Positions 63,374 to 64,000 of a DNA stretch of 64,000 nucleotides are shown here, piece after piece. The stretch's first letter is position 1, and each line of letters opens with the position of its first letter. Source of the DNA: Basidiobolus meristosporus CBS 931.73 (taxonomy: Eukaryota > Fungi > Basidiobolomycota); assembly GCA_002104905.1 (NCBI GenBank), contig MCFE01000372.1, positions 1 through 64,000 on the forward strand. The letters run 5' to 3'. The notes below the pieces were generated by a model that searched no databases, was not told the origin of the DNA, and saw nothing but the letters and a program-made list of their open reading frames with translations. Both the position numbers and the translations under genes were made by a program.

Positions 63374-64000
63374 ATGTCTACTACTGCTATTACTGGAATT
63401 TTTCTCTCTGCTGAAAAGTTGGATGGATCTAACTACCAAGTGTGGAAGGTGAAGATGAAGATGCTGATACAAGAAAGAGGTCTTTGGGATATTGTCATGG
63501 GAGAAGAATGCCCTCCTAAAAATGTGGGAGAGGAAGCCTTGAAGTGCCAGAAGAAAGAACAAAGTGCCTTTAACTGCATTTGCCTTAATGTCAAAGACAA
63601 ATTGTTAATTCAATGCTCAAGAGCAAAAACAGCAAAGAATGCCTGGAAGGCATTAGAAGACACCTACCAGTCATGTTCAGCTGCTAAGAAAATGTATCTG
63701 AGATGAAAATTCTTTACTACAAAGATGCTACCAGGAGAAGAAATGAAAAATCTAATTAACAGAATTACCTTGATGGTAGATGAGATGGAATCTGTGGGTG
63801 TACTGACTACTGGTGAGGATGTGATAGTTACCGTCCTGAATAGCCTGACAGACAAGTTTCAGGGCCTTGTATCAGCCCTAGAGTCCAGAACTGAAGATTT
63901 GGCCTTAAATTACGTATATGGAAGGCTCCTGGATGAAGAATTAAGAAAATCAAGCACCAATAAGAAGGAAGAAGAAAATGCTTTAATAAGCAATGATAGC
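63374..64000 (+). mobile_element. Ty1/Copia gag N-terminus (DUF4219/UBN2-like) with a premature stop; runs off the window
   Basis: KLDGSNYQVWKVKMKMLIQERGLWDIV...TAKNAWKALEDTY; TGA at 63704-63706; the frame continues KFFTTKM...VLNSLTDKFQGLVSALES...GRLLDEE. Confidence 0.92.

Overview
Eukaryotic, intron-rich fungal DNA with introns mostly 50-100 nt. The gene content (CINP homologue, FYVE-tailed BEACH protein, SAM-HMG protein) suggests an early-diverging fungus of the Mucoromycota/Zoopagomycota type; this is inference. The core carries ordinary genes: copper amine oxidase, GDA1, SDH2, a coiled-coil protein, a LysP-like amino-acid permease, Ecl1, a SAM/HMG/AT-hook protein, bestrophin, a C2 protein, a CBM18-chitin deacetylase, an ~11.7 kb BEACH-WD40-FYVE gene, CINP, RTP1/TANGO6, a Ppn2-like phosphoesterase and an F-box gene. 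Three CpG-depleted islands (1-2990, ~6780-8290, ~61450-64000) mark decayed repeats. The left island is a head-to-tail array of partial non-LTR retrotransposon (LINE) copies. Each ends in a conserved stem-loop and a C-run, followed in two cases by CCCTAA telomere-type repeats, and the array is interleaved with inverted fragments of the Ty1/Copia LTR whose gag starts at the right end of the window. All alignments, splice models and family assignments were made by eye, with no database searches.
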